Assembly: GCA_050295715.1 (NCBI GenBank)
Contig: JBNKQE010000001.1
Span: 1 to 48,808, forward strand
Direction: 5' to 3'
DNA length: 48,808 nucleotides
DNA from: Leptospirales bacterium
Lineage (GTDB): Bacteria; Spirochaetota; Leptospiria; Leptospirales; Leptonemataceae
Positions 9,266-18,783 of this stretch are shown here, piece after piece (the stretch's first letter is position 1; the number at the start of each line of letters is the position of its first letter). The notes under the pieces were generated by a model. The model saw nothing but the letters and a program-made list of their open reading frames with translations. It did no database searches and was not told where the DNA came from. A program made the position numbers and the translations under genes.

Positions 9266-9607
9266 GCCCATTGATAATGTAATCTGACATTTATTCAATT
9301 CCTGCAGATGGCTCGCAATCAATTCATACCGCTACCTGCATTTACTGCAGTCGAAATGTTTTGTGTAGACATATATAGAAGATCGTTAGCTCTGTGAATG
9401 CAAAGGATCCTGGTGACCTGGAAATAAATTGCACAGTTGGTAATTACTTACTATTTTTATTTATGAAACGGAAAGTATTTCCAGTGGAAAGTAAAGACCA
9501 AAAGTGAAAAAACCGTTTATATATAATAAGGTCTATCTACTGGTCGGACATGGCAGCCTTTGCTCCGGAACGAAAATAGAGACTCTGATTACACACCCTG
9601 TAGAACT

Positions 9608-11662
9608 ATGAGCACAGAGAATGATAAAAATAATACCGAAAACACTTCGGTCTACAAATCAAGCCGGCTGGAAAGTCTGGATAAGGTCTGGCTTCCCGCT
9701 GAACAAAGTCTTGCAGATTACTCTGTTGTAAGAAACCTCCTTTCTCAATTTCCTCCACAGGTTTCAAATGATATTCTGGCTGTTGAAAAGGGCATGGAAA
9801 ATTTCATGCTATTTAATGAATCTCATATGGCTCTTTTTGAGCAGGACAACCTGGAACATATTCCTGTTGAGGCTATAGAGCCACTCAGCAATCGAAAAGT
9901 GTTCTCCCGATTTCAATTTTTTACAATTAATGAAATGGGTGATCTTACGATTAAGAATATACTTATACGACCGGCATCGCTGAGAGGAGATTTGATTTCA
10001 CGTGCCAAAAATGCATGTATCAGGGGCAGTGCCATAGCCCTGATTAAGTATATAATACATAGAAACGCTTTTTTCAGAGACCTGGATTTACAGGGAAAAC
10101 TTAAAGATGTAATTACCAGCCGCTTAAAAAACAGTCCTGATCTCAATCCCGGGGACTCTCTGGATCAGCATCTCTCAATGGAAAACCTTCATAATCTCTC
10201 TTTTGATTTTTTGCTGGAGATGGAGCATCGGCCAAATCTTCAATTACTGCAATCCGTTCTGCATTACCTATCCTGTGATGCAGCATTAATCCTTGAAGAC
10301 CTGAAATCCAACTCCGACCTGGTGGATGACATTGCCGGTTTCCTCCGGGCACAAAAAGAAAACCCAGTTCTTCTGAGGCTGGCACCTGATTTTCACATAC
10401 CTCTTCCGGCACTGGAAGGACTCATTGAGGCTACAAATACGGATTCCCGTGAAGTTCGTTCTGAAATGGAATGGGTCTATTTGATTTTTGTGAAAACAGC
10501 ACGAAAGATTATTCTAACACAATTTCCGGAAGATAAAACACAGTGGATTGAGAAAGAGGGAACTTCTCAGGATAAGAAATACCTGGATGAGTTAATTCGT
10601 TATCCGTTCCTTGTTAAAAATGAAGATGGCCCGGACTTTTTCATTGAAGCGTTTGAAAGGCTGATTCAGGAGGTTAGAATATACAGTTCAATCAGAAGTC
10701 GACTGGTACTGGAGCTTATTGTTTCAGAAACGCTTAAAGCATTGAATGGACTATTTGAGCCATATCACTTTGATACAAATTCATTAAAAATACCCGACTC
10801 GCTGCAAAAACGTTTTCGTTCAAAAACAGATCTGTATCCAAAAATTCTAAAAAGAATCAAAGAAAATCCCGAAGTCCTTATTTCAGAAAAGAAGTCTCAA
10901 GAAAATAGTGATTCTGCATATCTACTTTATACTTATAATCTTCCTCGGGCTTTTATTCGAAATAAAAACATTCGATCGATGCTACACTCGATGGCAAAAA
11001 AAAGCGGATATGATAACGGTGTATATAATTTCCTGGTAAAAGTAAGCGAGAGCACGCATCCTGCATCCATAATTAATGAACAACTGGATTTTGCAAAAGC
11101 TATTCGCGAATGGGAAGAAGACATAGAAAAACAAAATGAGAAGAAGAGAAAAAAACAACAAAGTATTCTGGACAGGTTAGTTAACGTTATTGCGAACATA
11201 ATCGAATCCCTGTTCAAAGTGCAGCAACCTGGAAAACCTCAGAAGACAAAAAAAGGGACTCCTGAAAAAGAAGAAACGACAACGGATGAGTTTGAGGGAC
11301 CAAGAAGAACCGGAGTTATCATAGGACCAAAGGAAAAACGAGCACCTTTACCTACGAAAGTACTGAAAGCAGCTGACTATGTTGAACGAAACAACCATGG
11401 ACTTATATGGCTGGACCGTGTTGTGAACACACTTGCTTCCGTAAAATATAACGAAAATATTGTAGGCGATTATCTATTTTACGACAAACAGGCAAGATAT
11501 GTGGAGATCAAAAGCATGGTCAACGTTCGACGTGTCTATGTAAGATTGGAAAATCATGATAACGAAACCTGGAGAAAGTCGCTCATTGAATATCTGGAGA
11601 ATGTTTCAAGTCCGGGCCCGGAGACTCTCGCATTACTGAGTTATTACCGGACAATATCATAG
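9608..11662 (+). CDS. Large hypothetical protein with no recognisable domain
   Basis: Long uninterrupted ORF. ATG at 9608 preferred over the TTG at 9560. Lys/Glu-rich low-complexity linker (EKQNEKKRKKQQ, QQPGKPQKTKKGTPEKEETTTDE) separates a roughly 530-aa N-terminal region from a roughly 110-aa C-terminal domain. No catalytic or nucleotide-binding motif seen. Confidence 0.7.
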   Translation: MSTENDKNNTENTSVYKSSRLESLDKVWLPAEQSLADYSVVRNLLSQFPPQVSNDILAVEKGMENFMLFNESHMALFEQDNLEHIPVEAIEPLSNRKVFSRFQFFTINEMGDLTIKNILIRPASLRGDLISRAKNACIRGSAIALIKYIIHRNAFFRDLDLQGKLKDVITSRLKNSPDLNPGDSLDQHLSMENLHNLSFDFLLEMEHRPNLQLLQSVLHYLSCDAALILEDLKSNSDLVDDIAGFLRAQKENPVLLRLAPDFHIPLPALEGLIEATNTDSREVRSEMEWVYLIFVKTARKIILTQFPEDKTQWIEKEGTSQDKKYLDELIRYPFLVKNEDGPDFFIEAFERLIQEVRIYSSIRSRLVLELIVSETLKALNGLFEPYHFDTNSLKIPDSLQKRFRSKTDLYPKILKRIKENPEVLISEKKSQENSDSAYLLYTYNLPRAFIRNKNIRSMLHSMAKKSGYDNGVYNFLVKVSESTHPASIINEQLDFAKAIREWEEDIEKQNEKKRKKQQSILDRLVNVIANIIESLFKVQQPGKPQKTKKGTPEKEETTTDEFEGPRRTGVIIGPKEKRAPLPTKVLKAADYVERNNHGLIWLDRVVNTLASVKYNENIVGDYLFYDKQARYVEIKSMVNVRRVYVRLENHDNETWRKSLIEYLENVSSPGPETLALLSYYRTIS

Positions 11663-12949
11663 TCATCGCGGCCGGGTGCACAGACTATTTACGACAGGAA
11701 GAGAATTCCAGTCAGTTGTGTAGTCGGGACTTTTTCGCGCCGCTTTTGTTTTCCATCGATCTTCTTCTCTTGAGAAACGTGAAGCAGGATACAATATTAC
11801 TCCGTCTTTACGAAGCGCCGTAACCAGCTGTTCCTCTTTTAACATTTTCTCGTAGCCAAACAGATCAAGCTGACTTCCCTCGGATTCTGACTGCAACCCT
11901 TCGAGAATTACTCCGGCTTTGCTGTATGCAAAACCTTTTCGATATATAATTGACAGACCTTCAAGTGCAAGCCCCGTTATAACTCTCGGATTGTTTGTTG
12001 CTCCTACGATTCCCAGTTTCACGCGATTGAAATATCCAGGCCCTCTTGAAAAACGATCTGTGGAAATAAATACAGTAACCGAACTGGCCTTCAGCATTCG
12101 TCGAAAAAGTTTATCGGCTGCAAGCCTTGAAAAATATTCAATGGATCTCCCCAGTGATTCGCTGTCGTAAACATTGCTTGCAAAGGAGCGGCTGGAGGTT
12201 ACCGCCTGCTTCATATTTCGCATATCTTCCGGATTCCATGCGGACTCCCCTCTCAACTCAAGAACTGTGCGAAGTCCGGAAAGAGTCAGCTTTTTTCTTA
12301 TCCAACGATCATCCTGCAAAATAAGCCCGGCAGCTGTATGCACTCCCTCTTCATGAAGTAGAGCAGCTCTTGCAGGACCAATCCCCCAGATACTGTTTAC
12401 AGAAGTTTCTTCTAAGAATGGAGAGGCGGCTTCATTGTCCGGAATTAATTGAACTCCGTCCCCTCTTTTTGCATACTGTGCTGCGAGTTTCGCCAGAGTC
12501 CGGGTGCGTCCGCATCCTACGCTTACAGGTATTCCGGTATAACGGTAGGTTGTATCTCTTATCTTTCTGGCAAGCTCAACGATTCCGCTTATTTTCGTCC
12601 CTCGAAGAGGTATAAATGATTCATCAATCGAATAGACTTCCGTTTCACCGGCGAGATCCTTCAGGACGGACTGAACCCTTTGCGACATATCGCCATACAG
12701 CCGATAATTTGAGGAGAGTATTCGACCATCGTTTTGCTCGAGAAGTTCTTTAACCTGAAAAAAAGGGACACCCATACCAACACCAAGGTCTTTTGCTTTT
12801 TTTGACCTGGCAACAATGCATCCGTCATTGTTTGATAAAACTACAACGGCCCGACCCAAAAGAGATGGATCAAACACGCTCTCACAGGAAGTATAAAAAT
12901 TATTGCAATCTACAAGAAGAAAGTGTGTGTTTTTATTTGCACCGACCAC
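11663..12949 (-). CDS. umuC: Y-family translesion DNA polymerase, UmuC-like
   Basis: N-terminus LLVDCNNFYTSCESVFDP...VVVLSNNDGCIVARS is typical of UmuC. GTG start at 12949 with AAGGGTG Shine-Dalgarno. 428 aa. Confidence 0.9.
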   Translation of the reverse strand: MVGANKNTHFLLVDCNNFYTSCESVFDPSLLGRAVVVLSNNDGCIVARSKKAKDLGVGMGVPFFQVKELLEQNDGRILSSNYRLYGDMSQRVQSVLKDLAGETEVYSIDESFIPLRGTKISGIVELARKIRDTTYRYTGIPVSVGCGRTRTLAKLAAQYAKRGDGVQLIPDNEAASPFLEETSVNSIWGIGPARAALLHEEGVHTAAGLILQDDRWIRKKLTLSGLRTVLELRGESAWNPEDMRNMKQAVTSSRSFASNVYDSESLGRSIEYFSRLAADKLFRRMLKASSVTVFISTDRFSRGPGYFNRVKLGIVGATNNPRVITGLALEGLSIIYRKGFAYSKAGVILEGLQSESEGSQLDLFGYEKMLKEEQLVTALRKDGVILYPASRFSREEDRWKTKAARKSPDYTTDWNSLPVVNSLCTRPR

Positions 12950-13019
12950 ACACCCTTATATATGTTATGCCATTGTATGTTAAGTATTTTTCTATTTTTT
13001 CAGCAATACTGGATGATGA

Positions 13020-13874
13020 TTAAAATCTTGCTCCGGCGCTGAAAAAGATACCCATGGTTCCCATTGTAAAACTGCTGCGTCCCTGAATTGGGGGAATATA
13101 ACTCTGATAATCAGAACCGGTTACACTTTCCGGCGCTATGAGGGTTGTTATATTTTCCGTGATTGGCACAATCCCTCCATTTCCCATTACATAGTATCCT
13201 CCATTCAATCCCTGAACACTTCCGCTCATGGATGAGATATTCAAATAATCCAAAGAGAGTCCGATTCTATAGAATAAATGACGGTTGAACATGCGGCTGA
13301 GCCCGGCTTCCAGTCTTAGTAAAGTTCCAAAATTTGACTCCTGGTAAGCGGATTGTTCCGTATAATTGCCATCCTTGATTCGGTACCCATAGCTCTTCCA
13401 GGATGCATTGGGAGCGTATCCGAACCCTCCTCCAATCTCCGGTCTCCATCCCCAGAGAAATCCCCTGCGCCCTCGTTCAAATGCATAGTGATATGTGAAC
13501 ATAAGATATGTGGCTCGAAAATCCCAGTTTGCATGATACACTTCCGGACCATTTCTATATTCATCAAGAACTACCGAGGGTATGTAATAATTTCCGATAG
13601 CCAACCCAAAATGACTTTCATCACCTATGACACCGGAGAAACGAATCCAGGCCTCCATAACTCCCAGGGCCTTGATTCCATCAGATTTTAATATTGTGGG
13701 CTCAGAATTTGTAAGGGACGATCTGAAATTTTCAATACCAAGGTCAAATTTATCACGAAATCGATAGTCTCCCCGAACCTGAAGCCCCACTTCAAATGGA
13801 ATAGCATGAGAAACACCAAACGGTAAAAATAAAAAGAAAGTGATAAAAAAGGCGGTTATTCGCTTCATAGTCAT
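13020..13874 (-). CDS. Putative outer-membrane beta-barrel protein
   Basis: Signal peptide MTMKRITAFFITFFLFLPFGVSHA. Alternating aromatic/Gly-rich strands. C-terminal ...SAGARF with a terminal Phe. Start set at ATG 13874, preceded by AGGGGA. Confidence 0.7.
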   Translation of the reverse strand: MTMKRITAFFITFFLFLPFGVSHAIPFEVGLQVRGDYRFRDKFDLGIENFRSSLTNSEPTILKSDGIKALGVMEAWIRFSGVIGDESHFGLAIGNYYIPSVVLDEYRNGPEVYHANWDFRATYLMFTYHYAFERGRRGFLWGWRPEIGGGFGYAPNASWKSYGYRIKDGNYTEQSAYQESNFGTLLRLEAGLSRMFNRHLFYRIGLSLDYLNISSMSGSVQGLNGGYYVMGNGGIVPITENITTLIAPESVTGSDYQSYIPPIQGRSSFTMGTMGIFFSAGARF

Positions 13875-13958
13875 TAAATTTCCCCTTTCAGTCCTTTCAT
13901 AGCGAAAGGATAGTGTTGTATACAATTTATCTGACTCCGGGAAGAATGTGGTTACCTA

Positions 13959-16181
13959 ATGAATTTGCTAGAGTTACGTGATAGTTTAAGCTACCCTTAT
14001 ACCGGGCTCATTTTTATTGTCGGACTATTTCTGACAGTACAGCTCAGAGGCTTTCAGATCCCTCATTTTCTACTGGGGGTGAAAATAGCTTCCGGGGCAC
14101 TGGATGCAAGGGGAAAAAAAGGATTGATAGCACCGGGCCGTGCTTTTGCTACAGGGGCTGCATCTTCAATAATGCCAGGTGCGTTGATTGGAAGTATGCT
14201 GGCACTCAGCATTGCCGGTACAGGTATTCTTTTCTGGATCTGGATTACATCACTTTTGAGCATGGCAATTCAATTTGGATCATCCACGCTTTCACTGCGC
14301 TACAGAAAGATTAACGGTCACAAAGACTTCCTTGAAAGTGGACCGGCAATGTTCATTGAGAAGGTTCTGAATGCAAGATGGCTTGCATGGATGATTGCCG
14401 TTCTGATTATAATCCACTCACTCCTTCAGGGGAATGTTCTCATGAGCGCGGTTCTCAATGGAGCAATGGCTGTATCACCGCTTCGCATACCGCCCATTAC
14501 TATCGGTGCAGTTCTATTTGTTATTTTAACTCTGGTCCTGCTTGGTGGTATCAAAAGACTTGGCCTTGTATCGAGCAGAGTCTTCTTACCCGGACTTATT
14601 TTTCTTGGAACATCACTGATCCTTGCCTTAAAAGCATGGTCTCAATACAATGAAGTATCTGTTTTTATAAGCTTTGTTTCATTACTTGATCAGGCACAAA
14701 CCTCATTTATTCCTGAATCCCAAACGGGCTGGGGAAGGCTTTTTTCTGCAATTGCCGTTTACCATGTAATGGTAGAGACCGGACAGGGGAAATTCGCAAG
14801 TATTGCAGGATCTGTAAGAACTGACCATCCAGCCAAACAGGGTCTGGCAAATATGATGGTTCCCTTCATCGAAGGATTTATTGTTACCACTTCTGCATTC
14901 TTACTTTATCATGTATCCGGAACAGGATTTGACCTTTTTAACCCGATTGATTTCGAAGGGACTGATCTGGCCAGCAATACATATATGCAATACTCCTGGC
15001 TGTTCTTTATGGTTGGTCTTTTCGCATTCACACTGGCCGGTATGGGCGGCTGGTCCTTTGCGGGAAGACAGGCTGCGGCGTATCTGGGAGGGCGACGTGT
15101 CGCACAAATGTATCTGATCGTTTATCTGTTAATAATATTCGTTGGCGGATTTGTCTTTCGCTTTGACGATGTCGGGCACCGTGCTCTGGCTCTCAATGCA
15201 ACAATAGTATCAGGCCTGATTACATCTCTTATTCCACTACTATCTCTTCTGTTAATGTCAAAGCATATACGATATGAATACAATAGATATCTCACTCAGG
15301 AACCGGTAGCCTATGAGATATCCAGAGACCTGTTCGTTCTGCTTCTTGTTCTTATGCCCAAAAACCTTGTAAGCAGAATGTTTGGCTGGTTGACATACAT
15401 TCAATTACCGCGATTCCTTATGGTTCCGGTAATACAGGCGTTTGCACGATTTTATAAAATCAACGTGGATGAAGCGGAACTTCAAATTAAAGATTATCGT
15501 TCACTGAACAAGTTTTTTACGAGAGCACTAAAAAAAGGAGCTCGTGTCGTAAATAGAACTGACCGTGTCATAGTATCTCCCGTCGATGGAAGAGTTTCGA
15601 TGTTCGGAGAGATTACCGATGGTAAAATGATTCAGGCAAAGGGAATAAGATATGACCTTGATGACCTTCTGGAATGGCCTGAATTTACTGAAAAGTTTCA
15701 GGGCGGTAAATATATGGTTATCTATCTCAGTCCTCAGGACTACCACCGAATCCATAATCCTCACGAAGGAGATATTGTCGCACTGGGTTATACACCAGGA
15801 AAACTTTTTACAGTAAATCGAGTATCGGTTACAGGTGTTCAGGATCTTTTTCCAAAAAATGAACGTCTAACAAGTTATTTTTCTACGGATTATGGAATGA
15901 TGGCTGTAATCAAAGTTGGTGCAACCAATGTTGGGAGAATTCGAGTAACCTACGACAAACTGATTACGAATCGCTGGGTTCGTTTTCACAGGCGCAAAGA
16001 ATACAAAGAACCGATTTTTATGGATCGTGGCGATGAGCTTGGCCGATTTGAAATGGGTTCTACAGTCATTCTATTATTTGAGAAAGATATGATGGATTTT
16101 GATTCGAGTATTGTAGAAGGACAAAAAGTTCGCTATGGTGAACAGATTGGGTGTTTTCGTTCTACCGGGGAAGACGGTTGA
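13959..16181 (+). CDS. psd: Fusion protein: AGCS-family (sodium:alanine symporter-like) membrane domain plus phosphatidylserine decarboxylase
   Basis: Residues 1 to about 450 are polytopic and colinear with alanine/glycine:cation symporters (AGTGILFWIWITSLLSMAIQFGSSTLSLRYR compared with GGPGAxFWMWxxAxxGMxxKxxExxLAxxYR). The C-terminal roughly 270 aa is PSD (VSPVDGR, YLSPQDYHRIH, self-cleavage motif FEMGSTV). Confidence 0.85.
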   Translation: MNLLELRDSLSYPYTGLIFIVGLFLTVQLRGFQIPHFLLGVKIASGALDARGKKGLIAPGRAFATGAASSIMPGALIGSMLALSIAGTGILFWIWITSLLSMAIQFGSSTLSLRYRKINGHKDFLESGPAMFIEKVLNARWLAWMIAVLIIIHSLLQGNVLMSAVLNGAMAVSPLRIPPITIGAVLFVILTLVLLGGIKRLGLVSSRVFLPGLIFLGTSLILALKAWSQYNEVSVFISFVSLLDQAQTSFIPESQTGWGRLFSAIAVYHVMVETGQGKFASIAGSVRTDHPAKQGLANMMVPFIEGFIVTTSAFLLYHVSGTGFDLFNPIDFEGTDLASNTYMQYSWLFFMVGLFAFTLAGMGGWSFAGRQAAAYLGGRRVAQMYLIVYLLIIFVGGFVFRFDDVGHRALALNATIVSGLITSLIPLLSLLLMSKHIRYEYNRYLTQEPVAYEISRDLFVLLLVLMPKNLVSRMFGWLTYIQLPRFLMVPVIQAFARFYKINVDEAELQIKDYRSLNKFFTRALKKGARVVNRTDRVIVSPVDGRVSMFGEITDGKMIQAKGIRYDLDDLLEWPEFTEKFQGGKYMVIYLSPQDYHRIHNPHEGDIVALGYTPGKLFTVNRVSVTGVQDLFPKNERLTSYFSTDYGMMAVIKVGATNVGRIRVTYDKLITNRWVRFHRRKEYKEPIFMDRGDELGRFEMGSTVILLFEKDMMDFDSSIVEGQKVRYGEQIGCFRSTGEDG

Positions 16182-17023
16182 AATTTGTCGTTTTAGACGA
16201 CACCCTGGTTAATGAAAATGAAGTTTCCATTCCTCTTACAGACAGAGGATGGAGATTTGGAGATGGAGTTTTTGAAACCATCCGTCTTGATCATGGACTA
16301 CCCTGGCAGTGGAAACTTCATATGGAGAGACTGGAACGCGGAAGACTGGCTCTGCGGCTTCCTGGATATGAGTTTCCTTTAGATACTCTTGCCAGGCAAC
16401 TCATATCCGCAAATGGCATTTTAGATGGATTTATTCGTATTGCACTAACACGCGATGCGAAAAGTGCCGGATATATTCCCTTGATCGAACATCAAAAAAT
16501 TCGCTTGATCATGGAGACAATCCCTCTTGCACCCTACGATAACGAAGCAAAAAAACTCAAATTATCTTCCTGCACGAAAATACCATTGAGCTCCCTGCCT
16601 GTATCAGTCAAGACCATGCAGGGTGTAAATTCTATGCTTGCCAGGTGGGAAGCAATTGAGTCGGATTGTTATGATGCATTGCTCCTTACAGTAGATGGAT
16701 ACATAAGTGAAACATCGTCAGGAAATATTTTCTGGATAAAAGACGAGCATATATACACACCTTCCGAAGATTGTGATATATTACCAGGTACGGTCAGATC
16801 AGCGATAAAGCGGCTCAGTCCCTGGCAAATTCATGAAGGAAAGTATAGAACTCCGGATCTGGAAAAAGCTGATCATGTTTTTATAACGAATGTCGCCCTG
16901 GATGCTCTGGATATAAGTACAATTGACGGTGTAGCAAACACATTCTGCGAGTCCCACACAATTACGAAAACTCTGAGAGAACTTCTCGTGCAGGACAGAA
17001 AAATTCATGCCGGATTCTTCTAA
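16151..17023 (+). CDS. pabC: Class IV aminotransferase-fold protein, probable aminodeoxychorismate lyase
   Basis: GDGVFET and ETSSGNIFW motifs. Sits directly upstream of, and overlaps, pabB. The GTG at 16151 overlaps psd by 31 nt. An in-frame TTG at 16178 overlapping the psd TGA is an alternative start. Confidence 0.75.
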   Translation: MFSFYRGRRLKFVVLDDTLVNENEVSIPLTDRGWRFGDGVFETIRLDHGLPWQWKLHMERLERGRLALRLPGYEFPLDTLARQLISANGILDGFIRIALTRDAKSAGYIPLIEHQKIRLIMETIPLAPYDNEAKKLKLSSCTKIPLSSLPVSVKTMQGVNSMLARWEAIESDCYDALLLTVDGYISETSSGNIFWIKDEHIYTPSEDCDILPGTVRSAIKRLSPWQIHEGKYRTPDLEKADHVFITNVALDALDISTIDGVANTFCESHTITKTLRELLVQDRKIHAGFF

Positions 17024-18350
17024 AAGCGATTACAGCATAATACACTCACCTCTGACTCCTTTAGATATAGCCTTTCGTGTTACGGAAGGAGAGTCCGGTT
17101 ACGCATTTTTACACTCAGGTTCTCAAGGAAATTCAAGCGAAGGAGTATCCATTATTGCACTTCGCCCCGAAATGATTTATGAAGGCGAGAATTTTTCTGA
17201 TTTCGAATCTATATTAAAAAATAACCTGAGCAATTCTACAACTATAATTGGATATATTGGATATGAACTGAAAAATTCTCTTGAGATACTGCCTGTTGAT
17301 GAAGAGAGTTATATTGAAACTCCTGTATTTCGACTCATACAGTATTCCTGTCTTCTTGAATTATACCCCGAAAAGAACGAAATACTTGTATTTACAGAAG
17401 ACGCATCTCTCCGGCAAACCGTTGAAAAAAGAATCAATACGGAAGCGAAATCTGCGAACTCATTAAATGCATACGATGATGATTATTTTCCCGGCATAAA
17501 AGAACTCCATTCAAACTTTACGGGCAAAAGTTACAAAGATGCTGTTGAAAGAGTTCGCCAGCATATAATCAGAGGAGATATTTATCAAGCGAACCTGACC
17601 CGTAAATTTACAGGCAGGACAACCGATATCGTTGATCCTCTGATCCTTCACGCACGCCTTCACGATGCGAGTCCCGCACCCTACTCTGCAGTGCTCAAAT
17701 ATGAGGACTTCAGTGTGGTATCATCCAGTCCGGAATTATTCCTAAACATACGGGGAAATAATATAACAACGGAACCAATCAAAGGCTCCATATCCGCGAT
17801 TCCTGGTAACAATCAAGAAAATGCAAACGCGAAACAAATCTTAAAAAACAGCACAAAGGATCGCGCTGAAAACCTTATGATTACCGATCTTATGCGAAAT
17901 GACCTGGGACGTTTCTGTAATATCGGAAGTATTGTTGTTGATGACATTTTTCGCGTGAAGTCATACCCCACAATCCATCATATGAGTTCTGTAATTAAAG
18001 GAGTATTAAAACCGGGTACTACAATTGCTGATGTTGTAGCATCAACTTTCCCGCCTGGATCGATGACAGGCGCACCAAAAATACGGGCAATGAAAATATG
18101 CTCCGAAATGGAAAAAGTGAAACGCGGGGTTTACAGCGGTGCTCTCGGTTACATTTCCGGCTCTGAGAAATTATCTCTGTCGGTCGTAATTCGCACTATC
18201 CTTGTTTCTCAAAACAAATTTGAATTCCAGGTAGGCGGAGGGATTGTATATGACTCCACACCTGAAGGAGAGTGGGAAGAGACTCTGGTTAAAGCACGCG
18301 GATTATGCAGTGCACTTGGAATCGATCCGGCTCGATTACGGGATCTATGA
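17007..18350 (+). CDS. pabB: Aminodeoxychorismate synthase component I (chorismate-binding enzyme)
   Basis: Chorismate-binding family motifs: SSPELFL, PIKGS, SMTGAPKIRAM, GGGIVYDS. Confidence 0.85.
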   Translation: MPDSSKSDYSIIHSPLTPLDIAFRVTEGESGYAFLHSGSQGNSSEGVSIIALRPEMIYEGENFSDFESILKNNLSNSTTIIGYIGYELKNSLEILPVDEESYIETPVFRLIQYSCLLELYPEKNEILVFTEDASLRQTVEKRINTEAKSANSLNAYDDDYFPGIKELHSNFTGKSYKDAVERVRQHIIRGDIYQANLTRKFTGRTTDIVDPLILHARLHDASPAPYSAVLKYEDFSVVSSSPELFLNIRGNNITTEPIKGSISAIPGNNQENANAKQILKNSTKDRAENLMITDLMRNDLGRFCNIGSIVVDDIFRVKSYPTIHHMSSVIKGVLKPGTTIADVVASTFPPGSMTGAPKIRAMKICSEMEKVKRGVYSGALGYISGSEKLSLSVVIRTILVSQNKFEFQVGGGIVYDSTPEGEWEETLVKARGLCSALGIDPARLRDL

Positions 18351-18388
18351 AGCTTCTGAAATCGTGAAACAAATAGTAGTTTAAAACA

Positions 18389-18416
18389 AAAAAACCGGTT
18401 CAAAACCGGCTTTTTG
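18389..18416. terminator. Bidirectional intrinsic terminator between pabB (+) and the 5S rRNA gene (-)
   Basis: AAAAAAACCGGTTCAAAACCGGCTTTTT: a short CCGGTT/AACCGG stem flanked by an A-run and a T-run. Read on the minus strand, the stem is followed by eight T residues. Confidence 0.5.
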
Positions 18417-18440
18417 TTTGATGATATTTATAATAGCAGA

Positions 18441-18556
<116 letters not shown>

Positions 18557-18562
18557 AAATCC

Positions 18563-18591
18563 AACTTAATTCTACCTCTGAACCGGGTCAA
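18563..18591 (-). promoter_or_regulatory. Candidate dedicated promoter of the 5S rRNA gene (TTGACC-N17-TAAGTT)
   Basis: On the minus strand, TTGACC (18591-18586), 17-nt spacer, TAAGTT (18568-18563). It ends 6 nt before the mature 5' end of the 5S gene. Confidence 0.45.
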
Positions 18592-18783
18592 TCCTTTTTA
18601 TTATCCAGGGTATAAATATTTTTCATTTTTCAGGCAGCCTGAATTGCTTAATATAATTAGTATAATTGGCCCGGTAGTTAAATTATGTCGTATAATATCC
18701 CTTTTGATCATTCTTAATGGAGATGATCAATATTCAATATGAACTCATACAGAAGGGGGAGTGTAATACAGGATAGAACACTC

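Noticed and set aside
9549-9562. Sigma-54-like TGGCAG...TGC element upstream of the 684-aa ORF
   Set aside because: The GG-to-GC spacing is 8 nt instead of the required 10 nt.
12950-13019. LexA/SOS box upstream of umuC
   Set aside because: I looked for CTGT-N8-ACAG and TTTG-N5-CAAA type palindromes and found neither, only a TAACATA direct repeat. I cannot claim a site without a matrix scan.
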